Shown piece by piece: positions 24,481 through 38,200 of a DNA stretch of 64,000 nt. The translations under genes and the position numbers were made by a program. Numbering within the stretch: position 1 is the first letter of the stretch; each line of letters starts with the position of its first letter. The notes beneath the pieces were generated by a model that did not search any database, was not told the origin of the DNA, and saw nothing but the letters and a program-made list of their open reading frames with translations. The DNA comes from Utricularia gibba (Eukaryota; Plantae; Magnoliophyta): contig NEEC01000136.1 of NCBI GenBank assembly GCA_002189035.1, positions 25,330-89,329 of the forward strand. Direction: 5' to 3'.

Positions 24481-27400
24481 TATTAACGTTGGGTTTTCGG
24501 CGGCTGCCTACATGCTTTTTCAAGGAAAAGTTGTCGTTTTTTGGCGGTGCTGTTGTTGGGAACTTCGTCCGGACCCAAGGTTCGGTCTGACTTCACAGCA
24601 CAATAAGGTCCCATTCGACGAAAATCGTGATACCTTTATTGAAGTTAGGATCTCATGACCACCCCAAATGCTTTTTTCAACAGCATGCTATACACTTGAG
24701 AAGGCGCTTTTGTGGGTCACCGAGATCGGGCCGGAATTCGGGTCGAGCTCGGGCCCAAAGTCAGCTGTAGCCCGACAAAAGAAGTGATGCATTTATTAAC
24801 GTTGGTTGTCGGCGGCTGCCCACATGGTTTTTCAAGCAACAGCTTGCCGTTTTAAGGCGGGTGCTGTCGTTGGCAGCTTTGTAAGGGCCCAAGGTTTGGT
24901 CTGGCTCCTGAGCCCAATCGGGTCCTACTCGATGAAAATCGTGATGCATTTAATGAAGTTAGGATGTCATGAGCGCCCCAAATGGTTTTCTCAACAACCT
25001 GATTTATATTTGACGAGTGCTCTAGGCTGGCACTAGTATCGAACAAATGGTCGAGTCGCGCTCTGGCCCATAGTCATTTGTAGCCGGCCAAAAAAGTGAT
25101 GCATTTATTAACGTTGGGTTTTCGGCGGCTGCCTACATGCTTTTTCAAGGAAAAGTTGTCGTTTTTGGCGCGGTGCTGTTGTTGGGAACTTCGTCCGACC
25201 CAAGGTTCGGTCTGACTTCACAGCACAATAAGGTCCCATTCGACGAAAATCGTGATACCTTTATTGAAGTTAGGATCTCATGACCACCCCAAATGCTTTT
25301 TTCAACAGCATGCTATACACTTGAGAAGGCGCTTTTGTGGGTCACCGAGATCGGGCCGGATTCGGGTCGGCTCGGGCCCAAAGTCAGCTGTAGCCCGACA
25401 AAAGAAGTGATGCATTTATTAACGTTGGGTTGTCGGCGGCTGCCCACATGGTTTTTCAAGCAACAGCTTGCCGTTTTAAGGCGGGTGCTGTCGTTGGCAG
25501 CTTTGTAAGGCCCAAATGAGCCCAATCGGGTCCTACTCGATGAAAATCGTGATGCATTTGCATGTCATGATGGGCTACTTTATATTTGAGAAGGCGCTCT
25601 CGGGGGTCGGGTCGGGCTCACCCATAGTCAGTTGTAGCCCGGAAAAAAGTGATGCCAACGTTGGGTTTTCGGCGGCTGCCTAAATGGTTTTTCAAGCAAC
25701 AGCTTGCCGTTTTAAGGCGGGTGCTGTCGTTGGCAGCTTTGTAAGGGCCCAAGGTTTGGTCTGGCTCCTGAGCCAATCGGGTCCTACTCGATGAAAATCG
25801 TGATGCATTTAATGAAGTTAGGATGTCATGAGCGCCCCAAATGGTTTTCTCAACAACCTGATTTTATTGACGAGGTGCTTTAGCTGGCTCTAGTATCGAG
25901 CAAATGGTCGAGTCGCGCTCTGGCCCATAGTCATTGTAGCCCGGCAAAAAAGTGATGCATTTATTAACGTTGGGTTTTCGGCGGCTGCCTACATGCTTTT
26001 TTCAAGAAAAGTTGTCGTTTTTTGGCGGGTGCTGTTGTTGGGAACTTCGTCCGGACCCAAGGTTCGGTCTGACTTCACAGCACAATAAGGTCCCATTCGA
26101 CGAAAATCGTGATACCTTTATTGAAGTTAGGATCTCATGACCCCCCAAATGCTTTTTTCAACAGCATGCTATACACTTGAGAAGGCGCTTTTGTGGGTCA
26201 CCGAGATCGGGCCGGAATTCGGTCGAGCTCGGGCCCAAAGTCAGCTGTAGCCCGACAAAAGAAGTGATGCATTTATTAACGTTGGGTTGTCGGCGGCTGC
26301 CCACATGGTTTTTCAAGCAACAGCTTGCCGTTTTAAAGCTTTGTAAATAAATGAAAATCGTGATGCATAGGATGTCATTGGGTTGAGAAATTTCGGGTCG
26401 GGCTCACATAGTCAGTTGTAGCCCTGATGCATTTATAACGTTGGGTTTTCGGCGGCTGCCATGGTTTTTCAAGCAACAGCTTGCCGTTTTAAGGCGGTGC
26501 TGTCGTTGGCAGCTTTGTAAGGGCCCAAGGTTTGGTCTGGCTCCTGAGCCCAATCGGGTCCTACTCGATGAAAATCGTGATGCATTTAATGAAGTTAGGA
26601 TGTCATGAGCGCCCCAAATGGTTTTCTCAACAACCTGATTTATATTTGACGAGGTGCTCTAGGCTGGCACTAGTATCGAGCAAATGGTCGAGTCGCGCTC
26701 TGGCCCATAGTCATTTGTAGCCCGGCCAAAAAAGTGATGCATTTATTAACGTTGGGTTTTCGGCGGCTGCCTACATGCTTTTTCAAGGAAAAGTTGTCGT
26801 TTTTTGGCGGGTGCTGTTGTTGGGAACTTCGTCCGGACCCAAGGTTCGGTCTGACTTCACAGCACAATAAGGTCCCATTCGACGAAAATCGTGATACCTT
26901 TATTGAAGTTAGGATCTCATGACCCCCAAATGCTTTTTTCAACAGCATGCTTTAAACTTGAGAAGGCGCTTTTGTGGGTCACCGAGATCGGGCCGGAATT
27001 CGGGTCGAGCTCGGGCCCAAAGTCAGCTGTAGCCCGACAAAAGAAGTGATGCATTTATTAACGTTGGGTTGTCGGCGGCTGCCCACATGGTTTTTCAAGC
27101 AACAGCTTGCCGTTTTAAGGCGGGTGCTGTCGTTGGCAGCTTTGTAAGGGCCCAAGGTTTGGTCTGGCTCCTGAGCCCAATCGGGTCCTACTCGATGAAA
27201 ATCGTGATGCATTTAATGAAGTTAGGATGTCATGAGCGCCCCAAATGGTTTTCTCAACAACCTGATTTTATTTGACGAGGTGCTCTAAGCTGGCTCTAGT
27301 ATCGAGCAAATGGTCGAGTCGCGCTCTGGCCCATAGTCATTGTAGCCCGGCCAAAAAAGTGATGCATTATTAACGTTGGGTTTTCGGCGGCTGCCTACAT

Positions 27401-30400
27401 GCTTTTTCAAGAAAAGTTGTCGTTTTTTGGCGGGTGCTGTTGTTGGGAACTTCGTCCGGACCCAAGGTTCGGTCTGACTTCACAGCACAATAAGGTCCCA
27501 TTCGACGAAAATCGTGATACCTTTATTGAAGTTAGGATCTCATGACCCCCAAATGCTTTTTTCAACAGCATGCTATACACTTGAGAAGGCGCTTTTGGGT
27601 CACCGAGATCGGGCCGGAATTCGGGTCGAGCTCGGGCCCAAAGTCAGCTGTAGCCCGACAAAAGAAGTGATGCATTTATTAACGTTGGGTTGTCGGCGGC
27701 TGCCCACATGGTTTTTCAAGCAACAGCTTGCCGTTTTAAGGCGGGTGCTGTCGTTGGCAGCTTTGTAAGGGCCCAAGTTTGGTCTGGCTCCTGAGCCCAA
27801 TCGGGTCCTACTCGATGAAAATCGTGATGCATTTAATGAAGTTAGGATGTCATGAGCGCCCCAAATGGTTTTCTCAACAACCTGATTTATATTTGACGAG
27901 GTGCTCTAGGCTGGCACTAGTATCGAGCAAATGGTCGAGTCGCGCTCTGGCCCATAGTCATTTGTAGCCCGGCCAAAAAAGTGATGCATTTATTAACGTT
28001 GGGTTTTCGGCGGCTGCCTACATGCTTTTTCAAGGAAAAGTTGTCGTTTTTTGGCGGGTGCTTGGGAACTTCGTCCGGACCCAAGGTTCGGTCTGACTTC
28101 ACAGCACAATAAGGTCCCATTCGACGAAAATCGTGATACCTTTATTGAAGTTAGGATCTCATGACCACCCCAAATGCTTTTTTCAACAGCATGCTATACA
28201 CTTGAGAAGGCGCTTTTGTGGGTCACCGAGATCGGGCCGGAATTCGGGTCGAGCTCGGGCCCAAAGTCAGCTGTAGCCCGACAAAAGAAGTGATGCATTT
28301 ATTAACGTTGGGTTGTCGGCGGCTGCCCACATGGTTTTTCAAGCAACAGCTTGCCGTTTTAAGGCGGGTGCTGTCGTTGGCAGCTTTGTAAGGGCCCAAG
28401 GTTTGGTCTGGCTCCTGAGCCCAATCGGGTCCTACTCGATGAAAATCGTGATGCATTTAATGAAGTTAGGATGTCATGAGCGCCCCAAATGGTTTTCTCA
28501 ACAACCTGATTTATATTTGACGAGGTGCTCTAAGCTGGCACTAGTATCGAGCAAATGGTCGAGTCGCGCTCTGGCCCATAGTCATTTGTAGCCCGGCCAA
28601 AAAAGTGATGCATTTATTAACGTTGGGTTTTCGGCGGCTGCCTACATGCTTTTTCAAGGAAAAGTTGTCGTTTTTGGCGGGTGCTGTTGTTGGGAACTTC
28701 GTCCGGACCCAAGGTTCGGTCTGACTTCACAGCACAATAAGGTCCCATTCGACGAAAATCGTGATACCTTTATTGAAGTTAGGATCTCATGACCACCCCA
28801 AATGCTTTTTTCAACAGCATGCTATACACTTGAGAAGGCGCTTTTGTGGGTCACCGAGATCGGCCGGAATTCGGGTCGGCTCGGGCCCAAAGTCAGCTGT
28901 AGCCCGACAAAAGAAGTGATGCATTTATTAACGTTGGGTTGTCGGCGGCTGCCCACATGGTTTTTCAAGCAACAGCTTGCCGTTTTAAGGCGGGTGCTGT
29001 CGTTGGCAGCTTTGTAAGGGCCCAAGGTTTGGTCTGGCTCCTGAGCCCAATCGGGTCCTACTCGATGAAAATCGTGATGCATTTAATGAAGTTAGGATGT
29101 CATGAGCGCCCCAAATGGTTTTCTCAACAACCTGATTTATATTTGACGAGGTGCTCTAGGCTGGCACTAGTATCGAGCAAATGGTCGAGTCGCGCTCTGG
29201 CCCATAGTCATTTGTAGCCCGGCCAAAAAAGTGATGCATTTATTAACGTTGGGTTTTCGGCGGCTGCCTACATGCTTTTTCAAGGAAAAGTTGTCGTTTT
29301 TTGGCGGGTGCTGTTGTTGGGAACTTCGTCCGGACCCAAGGTTCGGTCTGACTTCACAGCACAATAAGGTCCCATTCGACGAAAATCGTGATACCTTTAT
29401 TGAAGTTAGGATCTCATGACCACCCCAAATGCTTTTTTCAACAGCATGCTTTAAACTTGAGAAGGCGCTTTTGTGGGTCACCGAGATCGGGCCGGAATTC
29501 GGGTCGAGCTCGGGCCCAAAGTCAGCTGTAGCCCGACAAAAGAAGTGATGCATTTATTAACGTTGGGTTGTCGGCGGCTGCCCACATGGTTTTTCAAGCA
29601 ACAGCTTGCCGTTTTAAGGCGGGTGCTGTCGTTGGCAGCTTTGTAAGGGCCCAAGGTTTGGTCTGGCTCCTGAGCCAATCGGGTCCTACTCGATGAAAAT
29701 CGTGATGCATTTAATGAAGTTAGGATGTCATGAGCGCCCCAAATGGTTTTCTCAACAACCTGATTTATATTTGACGAGGTGCTCTAGGCTGGCACTAGTA
29801 TCGAGCAAATGGTCGAGTCGCGCTCTGGCCCATAGTCATTTGTAGCCCGGCCAAAAAAGTGATGCATTTATTAACGTTGGGTTTTCGGCGGCTGCCTACA
29901 TGCTTTTTCAAGGAAAAGTTGTCGTTTTTTGGCGGGTGCTGTTGTTGGGAACTTCGTCCGGACCCAAGGTTCGGTCTGACTTCACAGCACAATAAGGTCC
30001 CATTCGACGAAAATCGTGATACCTTTATTGAAGTTAGGATCTCATGACCACCCCAAATGCTTTTTTCAACAGCATGCTTTAAACTTGAGAAGGCGCTTTT
30101 GTGGGTCACCCGAGATCGGGCCGGAATTCGGGTCGGGCGAAAGTCAGCTGTAGCCCGTCAAAAGAAGTGATGCATTTATTAACGTTGGGTTGTCGGCGGC
30201 TGCCCACATGGTTTTTCAAGCAACATTAAAGCTTTGTAACAAATTCGGGGATGAAAATCGTGATGGTTAGGATGTCATAATGGGTTGAGAACCCAAAGTC
30301 AGTTGTCTGCATTTATAAGCTGCCATGGTTTTTCAAGCAACAGCTTGCCGTTTTAAGGCGGGTGCTGTCGTTGGCAGCTTTGTAAGGGCCCAAGGTTTGG

Positions 30401-33400
30401 TCTGGCTCCTGAGCCCAATCGGGTCCTACTCGATGAAAATCGTGATGCATTTAATGAAGTTAGGATGTCATGAGCGCCCCAAATGGTTTTCTCAACAACC
30501 TGATTTATATTTGACGAGGTGCTCTAGGCTGGCACTAGTATCGAGCAAATGGTCGAGTCGCGCTCTGGCCCATAGTCATTTGTAGCCCGGCCAAAAAAGT
30601 GATGCATTTATTAACGTTGGGTTTTCGGCGGCTGCCTACATGCTTTTTCAAGGAAAAGTTGTCGTTTTTTGGCGGGTGCTGTTGTTGGGAACTTCGTCCG
30701 GACCCAAGGTTCGGTCTGACTTCACAGCACAATAAGGTCCCATTCGACGAAAATCGTGATACCTTTATTGAAGTTAGGATCTCATGACCACCCCAAATGC
30801 TTTTTTCAACAGCATGCTATACACTTGAGAAGGCGCTTTTGTGGGTCACCGAGATCGGGCCGGAATTCGGGTCGAGCTCGGGCCAAAGTCAGCTGTAGCC
30901 CGACAAAAGAAGTGATGCATTTATTAACGTTGGGTTGTCGGCGGCTGCCCACATGGTTTTTCAAGCAACAGCTTGCCGTTTTAAGGCGGGTGCTGTCGTT
31001 GGCAGCTTTGTAAGGGCCCAAGGTTTGGTCTGGCTCCTGAGCCCAATCGGGTCCTACTCGATGAAAATCGTGATGCATTTAATGAAGTTAGGATGTCATG
31101 AGCGCCCCAAATGGTTTTCTCAACAACCTGATTTATTGACGAGGTGCGCTGGCACTAGTATCGAGCAAATGGTCGAGTCGCGCTCTGGCCCATAATTTGT
31201 AGCCCGGCCAAAAAAGTGATGCATTTATTAACGTTGGGTTTTCGGCGGCTGCCTACATGCTTTTTCAAGGAAAAGTTGTCGTTTTTTGGCGGGTGCTGTT
31301 GTTGGGAACTTCGTCCGGACCCAAGGTTCGGTCTGACTTCACAGCACAATAAGGTCCCATTCGACGAAAATCGTGATACCTTTATTGAAGTTAGGATCTC
31401 ATGACCACCCCAAATGCTTTTTTCAACAGCATGCTATACACTTGAGAAGGCGCTTTTGTGGGTCACCGAGATCGGGCCTCGGGTCGGGCTCGGCCCAAAG
31501 TCAGCTGTAGCCCGACAAAAGAAGTGATGCATTTATTAACGTTGGGTTGTCGGCGGCTGCCCACATGGTTTTTCAAGCAACAGCTTGCCGTTTTAAGGCG
31601 GGTGCTGTCGTTGGCAGCTTTGTAAGGGCCCAAGGTTTGGTCTGGCTCCTGAGCCAATCGGGTCCTACTCGATGAAAATCGTGATGCATTTAATGAAGTT
31701 AGGATGTCATGAGCGCCCCAAATGGTTTTCTCAACAACCTGATTTTATTTGACGAGGTGCTCTAAGCTGGCACTAGTATCGAGCAAATGGTCGAGTCGCG
31801 CTCTGGCCCATAGTCATTGTAGCCCGGCCAAAAAAGTGATGCATTTATTAACGTTGGGTTTTCGCGGCTGCCTACATGCTTTTTTCAAGAAAAGTTGTCG
31901 TTTTTTGGCGGGTGCTGTTGTTGGGAACTTCGTCCGGACCCAAGGTTCGGTCTGACTTCACAGCACAATAAGGTCCATTCGACGAAAATCGTGATACCTT
32001 TATTGAAGTTAGGATCTCATGACCACCCCAAATGCTTTTTTCAACAGCATGCTATACACTTGAGAAGGCGCTTTTGTGGGTCACCGAGATCGGGCCGGAA
32101 TTCGGGTCGAGCTCGGGCCAAAGTCAGCTGTAGCCCGACAAAAGAAGTGATGCATTTATTAACGTTGGTTGTCGGCGGCTGCCCACATGGTTTTTCAAGC
32201 AACAGCTTGCCGTTTTAAGGCGGGTGCTGTCGTTGGCAGCTTTGTAAGGGCCCAAGGTTTGGTCTGGCTCCTGAGCCCAATCGGGTCCTACTCGATGAAA
32301 ATCGTGATGCATTTAATGAAGTTAGGATGTCATGAGCGCCCCAAATGGTTTTCTCAACAACCTGATTTATATTTGACGAGGTGCTCTAGGCTGGCACTAG
32401 TATCGAGCAAATGGTCGAGTCGCGCTCTGGCCCATAGTCATTTGTAGCCCGGCCAAAAAAGTGATGCATTTATTAACGTTGGGTTTTCGGCGGCTGCCTA
32501 CATGCTTTTTCAAGGAAAAGTTGTCGTTTTTTGGCGGGTGCTGTTGTTGGGAACTTCGTCCGGACCCAAGGTTCGGTCTGACTTCACAGCACAATAAGGT
32601 CCCATTCGACGAAAATCGTGATACCTTTATTGAAGTTAGGATCTCATGACACCCCAAATGCTTTTTTCAACAGCATGCTATACACTTGAGAAGGCGCTTT
32701 TGTGGGTCACCGAGATCGGGCCGGAATTCGGGTCGAGCTCGGGCCCAAAGTCAGCTGTAGCCCGACAAAAGAAGTGATGCATTTATTAACGTTGGGTTGT
32801 CGGCGGCTGCCCACATGGTTTTTCAAGCAACAGCTTGCCGTTTTAAGGCGGGTGCTGTCGTTGGCAGCTTTGTAAGGGCCCAAGGTTTGGTCTGGCTCCT
32901 GAGCCCAATCGGGTCCTACTCGATGAAAATCGTGATGCATTTAATGAAGTTAGGATGTCATGAGCGCCCCAAATGGTTTTCTCAACAACCTGATTTATAT
33001 TGACGAGGTGCTTAGGCTGGCACTAGTATCGAGCAAATGGTCGAGTCGCGCTCTGGCCCATAGTCATTTGTAGCCCGGCCAAAAAAGTGATGCATTTATT
33101 AACGTTGGGTTTTCGGCGGCTGCCTACATGCTTTTTAAAAGTTGTCGTTTTTTGGCGGGTGCTGTTGTTGGGAACTTCGTCCGGACCCAAGGTTCGGTCT
33201 GACTTCACAGCACAATAAGGTCCCATTCGACGAAAATCGTGATACCTTTATTGAAGTTAGGATCTCATGACCACCCCAAATGCTTTTTTCAACAGCATGC
33301 TATACACTTGAAGGCGCTTTTGTGGGTCACCGAGATCGGGCCGGAATTCGGGTCGGGCTCGGGCCCAAAGTCAGCTGTAGCCCGAAAAGAAGTGATGCAT

Positions 33401-34329
33401 TTATTAACGTTGGGTTGTCGGCGGCTGCCCACATGGTTTTTCAAGCAACAGCTTGCCGTTTTAAGGCGGGTGCTGTCGTTGGCAGCTTTGTAAGGGCCCA
33501 AGGTTTGGTCTGGCTCCTGAGCCAATCGGGTCCTACTCGATGAAAATCGTGATGCATTTAATGAAGTTAGGATGTCATGAGCGCCCCAAATGGTTTTCTC
33601 AACAACCTGATTTATATTTGACGAGGTGCTCTAGGCTGGCACTAGTATCGAGCAAATGGTCGAGTCGCGCTCTGGCCCATAGTCATTTGTAGCCCGGCCA
33701 AAAAAGTGATGCATTTATTAACGTTGGGTTTTCGGCGGCTGCCTACATGCTTTTTCAAGGAAAAGTTGTCGTTTTTTGGCGGGTGCTGTTGTTGGGAACT
33801 TCGTCCGGACCCAAGGTTCGGTCTGACTTCACAGCACAATAAGGTCCCATTCGACGAAAATCGTGATACCTTTATTGAAGTTAGGATCTCATGACCACCC
33901 CAAATGCTTTTTTCAACAGCATGCTTTAAACTTGAGAAGGCGCTTTTGTGGGTCACCGAGATCGGGCCGGAATTCGGGTCGAGCTCGGGCCCAAAGTCAG
34001 CTGTAGCCCGACAAAAGAAGTGATGCATTTATTAACGTTGGTTGTCGGCGGCTGCCCACATGGTTTTTCAAGCAACAGCTTGCCGTTTTAAGGCGGGTGC
34101 TGTCGTTGGCAGCTTTGTAAGGGCCCAAGGTTTGGTCTGGCTCCTGAGCCCAATCGGGTCCTACTCGATGAAAATCGTGATGCATTTAATGAAGTTAGGA
34201 TGTCATGAGCGCCCCAAATGGTTTTCTCAACAACCTGATTTATATTTGACGAGGTGCTCTAGGCTGGCACTAGTATCGAGCAAATGGTCGAGTCGCGCTC
34301 TGGCCCATAGTCATTTGTAGCCCGGCCAA

Positions 34330-35235
34330 AAAAGTGATGCATTTATTAACGTTGGGTTTTCGGCGGCTGCCTACATGCTTTTTGAAGAAAAGTTGTCGTT
34401 TTTTGGCGGGTGCTGTTGTTGGAACTTCGTCCGGACCCAAGGTTCGGTCTGACTTCACAGCACAATAAGGTCCATTCGACGAAAATCGTGATACCTTTAT
34501 TGAAGTTAGGATCTCATGACCGCCCCAAATGCTTTTTTCAACAGCATGCTTTAAACTTGAGAAGGCGCTTTTGTGGGTCACCGAGATCGGGCCGGAATTC
34601 GGTCGGGCTGGGCCAAAGTCAGCTGTAGCCCGTCAAAAGAAGTGATGCATTTATTAACGTTGGTGTCGGCGGCTGCCCACATGGTTTTTCAAGCAACAGT
34701 TGCCGTTTTAAGGCGGGTGCTGTCGTTGGCAGCTTTGTAAGGGCCAAGGTTCGGTCTGGCTCCTGAGCCCAATCGGGTCCTACTCGATGAAAATCGTGAT
34801 GCATTTGCTTTTGTTAGGATGTCATGAGAACCCCAATGGGTTTTCTCCACACTCTACTTTATATTGAGAAGGCGCTCATTGGGCTCGGGTCGGGCTCCCC
34901 ATAGTCAGTTGTAGCCCGGAAAATAAGTGATGCATTTATCAACGTTGGGTTTTCGGCGGCTGCCTAAATGGTTTTTCAAGCAACAGCTTGCCGTTTAAGG
35001 CGGTGCTGTCGTTGGCAGCTTTGTAAGGGCCCAAGGTTTGGTCTGGCTCCTGAGCCCAATCGGTCCTACTCGATGAAAATCGTGATGCATTTAATGAAGT
35101 TAGGATGTCATGAGCGCCCCAAATGGTTTTCTCAACAACCTGATTTATATTTGACGAGGTGCTCTAGGCTGGCACTAGTATCGAGCAAATGGTCGAGTCG
35201 CGCTCTGGCCCATAGTCATTTGTAGCCCGGCCAAA
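34330..35235 (+). repeat. Near-complete 6-mer unit embedded in the 4-mer domain
   Basis: A2B2b is followed by A1', then B3 (GCATTTGCTTTTGTTAGG at ~34801), then A3 (AAATAAGTGATGCATTTATCAAC at ~34921) and B1. Confidence 0.8.
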
Positions 35236-38200
35236 AAAGTGATGCATTTATTAACGTTGGGTTTTCGGCGGCTGCCTACATGCTTTTTCAAGGAAAAGTT
35301 GTCGTTTTTTGGCGGGTGCTGTTGTTGGGAACTTCGTCCGGACCCAAGGTTCGGTCTGACTTCACAGCACAATAAGGTCCCATTCGACGAAAATCGTGAT
35401 ACCTTTATTGAAGTTAGGATCTCATGACCACCCCAAATGCTTTTTTCAACAGCATGCTATACACTTGAGAAGGCGCTTTTGTGGGTCACCGAGATCGGGC
35501 CGGAATTCGGGTCGAGCTCGGCCCAAAGTCAGCTGTAGCCCGACAAAAGAAGTGATGCATTTATTAACGTTGGTTGTCGGCGGCTGCCCACATGGTTTTT
35601 CAAGCAACAGCTTGCCGTTTTAAGGCGGGTGCTGTCGTTGGCAGCTTTGTAAGGGCCCAAGGTTTGGTCTGGCTCCTGAGCCCAATCGGGTCCTACTCGA
35701 TGAAAATCGTGATGCATTTAATGAAGTTAGGATGTCATGAGCGCCCCAAATGGTTTTCTCAACAACCTGATTTATATTTGACGAGGTGCTCTAGGCTGGC
35801 TCTAGTATCGAGCAAATGGTCGAGTCGCGCTCTGGCCCATAGTCATTTTAGCCCGGCCAAAAAAGTGATGCATTTATTAACGTTGGGTTTTCGGCGGCTG
35901 CCTACATGCTTTTTCAAGGAAAAGTTGTCGTTTTTTGGCGGGTGCTGTTGTTGGGAACTTCGTCCGGACCCAAGGTTCGGTCTGACTTCACAGCACAATA
36001 AGGTCCCATTCGACGAAAATCGTGATACCTTTATTGAAGTTAGGATCTCATGACCACCCCAAATGCTTTTTTCAGCATGCTATACACTTGAGAAGGCGCT
36101 TTTGTGGGTCACCGAGATCGGGCCAATCGGGTCGGGCTCCCCAAAGTCAGCTGTAGCCCGAAAAAGTGATGCATTTATTAACGTTGGGTTGTCGGCGGCT
36201 GCCCAGGTTTTTCAAGCAACAGCTTGCCGTTTTAAGGCGGGTGCTGTCGTTGGCAGCTTTGTAAGGGCCCAAGGTTTGGTCTGGCTCCTGAGCCCAATCG
36301 GGTCCTACTCGATGAAAATCGTGATGCATTTAATGAAGTTAGGATGTCATGAGCGCCCCAAATGGTTTTCTCAACAACCTGATTTATATTTGACGAGGTG
36401 CTCTAGGCTGGCACTAGTATCGAGCAAATGGTCGAGTCGCGCTCTGGCCCATAGTCATTTGTAGCCCGGCCAAAAAAGTGATGCATTTATTAACGTTGGG
36501 TTTTCGGCGGCTGCCTACATGCTTTTTCAAGGAAAAGTTGTCGTTTTTTGGCGGGTGCTGTTGTTGGGAACTTCGTCCGGACCCAAGGTTCGGTCTGACT
36601 TCACAGCACAATAAGGTCCCATTCGACGAAAATCGTGATACCTTTATTGAAGTTAGGATCTCATGACCACCCCAAATGCTTTTTTCAACAGCATGCTATA
36701 CACTTGAGAAGGCGCTTTTGTGGGTCACCGAGATCGGGCCGGAATTCGGGTCGAGCTCGGGCCCAAAGTCAGCTGTAGCCCGACAAAAGAAGTGATGCAT
36801 TTATTAACGTTGGGTTGTCGGCGGCTGCCCACATGGTTTTTCAAGCAACAGCTTGCCGTTTTAAGGCGGGTGCTGTCGTTGGCAGCTTTGTAAGGGCCCA
36901 AGGTTTGGTCTGGCTCCTGAGCCCAATCGGGTCCTACTCGATGAAAATCGTGATGCATTTAATGAAGTTAGGATGTCATGAGCGCCCCAAATGGTTTTCT
37001 CAACAACCTGATTTTTATTTGACGAGGTGCTCTAGCTGGCACTAGTATCGAGCAAATGGTCGAGTCGCGCTCTGGCCCATAGTCATTTGTAGCCCGGCCA
37101 AAAAAGTGATGCATTTATTAACGTTGGGTTTTCGGCGGCTGCCTACATGCTTTTTCAAGGAAAAGTTGTCGTTTTTTGGCGGGTGCTGTTGTTGGGAACT
37201 TCGTCCGGACCAAGGTTCGGTCTGACTTCACAGCACAATAAGGTCCCATTCGACGAAAATCGTGATACCTTTATTGAAGTTAGGATCTCATGACCACCCC
37301 AAATGCTTTTTTCAACAGCATGCTTTAAACTTGAGAAGGCGCTTTTGTGGGTCACCGAGATCGGGCCGGAATTCGGGTCGGGCTTGGGGGACAAAGTCAG
37401 CTGTAGCCCGAAAAGAAGTGATGCATTTATTAACGTTGGGTTGTCGGCGGCTGCCCACATGGTTTTTCAAGCAACAGCTTGCCGTTTTAAGGCGGGTGCT
37501 GTCGTTGGCAGCTTTGTAAGGGCCCAAGGTTCGGTCTGGCTCCTGAGCCCAATCGGGTCCTACTCGATGAAAATCGTGATGCATTTAGGATGTCATGAGA
37601 TGGGTTTTGAGAAGGCGCTCTATTTCGGGTCGGGCTCCCCATAGTCAGTTGTAGCCCGGAAAATAAGTGATGCATTTATCAACGTTGGGTTTCGGCGGCT
37701 GCCTAAATGGTTTTTCAAGCAACAGCTTGCCGTTTTAAGGCGGGTGCTGTCGTTGGCAGCTTTGTAAGGGCCCAAGGTTTGGTCTGGCTCCTGAGCCCAA
37801 TCGGTCCTACTCGATGAAAATCGTGATGCATTTAATGAAGTTAGGATGTCATGAGCGCCCCAAATGTTTTTCTCAACAACCTGATTTATATTTGACGAGG
37901 TGCTCTAGGCTGGCACTAGTATCGAGCAAATGGTCGAGTCGCGCTCTGGCCCATAGTCATTTGTAGCCCGGCCAAAAAAGTGATGCATTTATTAACGTTG
38001 GGTTTTCGGCGGCTGCCTACATGCTTTTTCAAGGAAAAGTTGTCGTTTTTTGGCGGTGCTGTTGTTGGGAACTTCGTCCGGACCCAAGGTTCGGTCTGAC
38101 TTCACAGCACAATAAGGTCCCATTCGACGAAAATCGTGATACCTTTATTGAAGTTAGGATCTCATGACCACCCCAAATGCTTTTTTCAACAGCATGCTAT

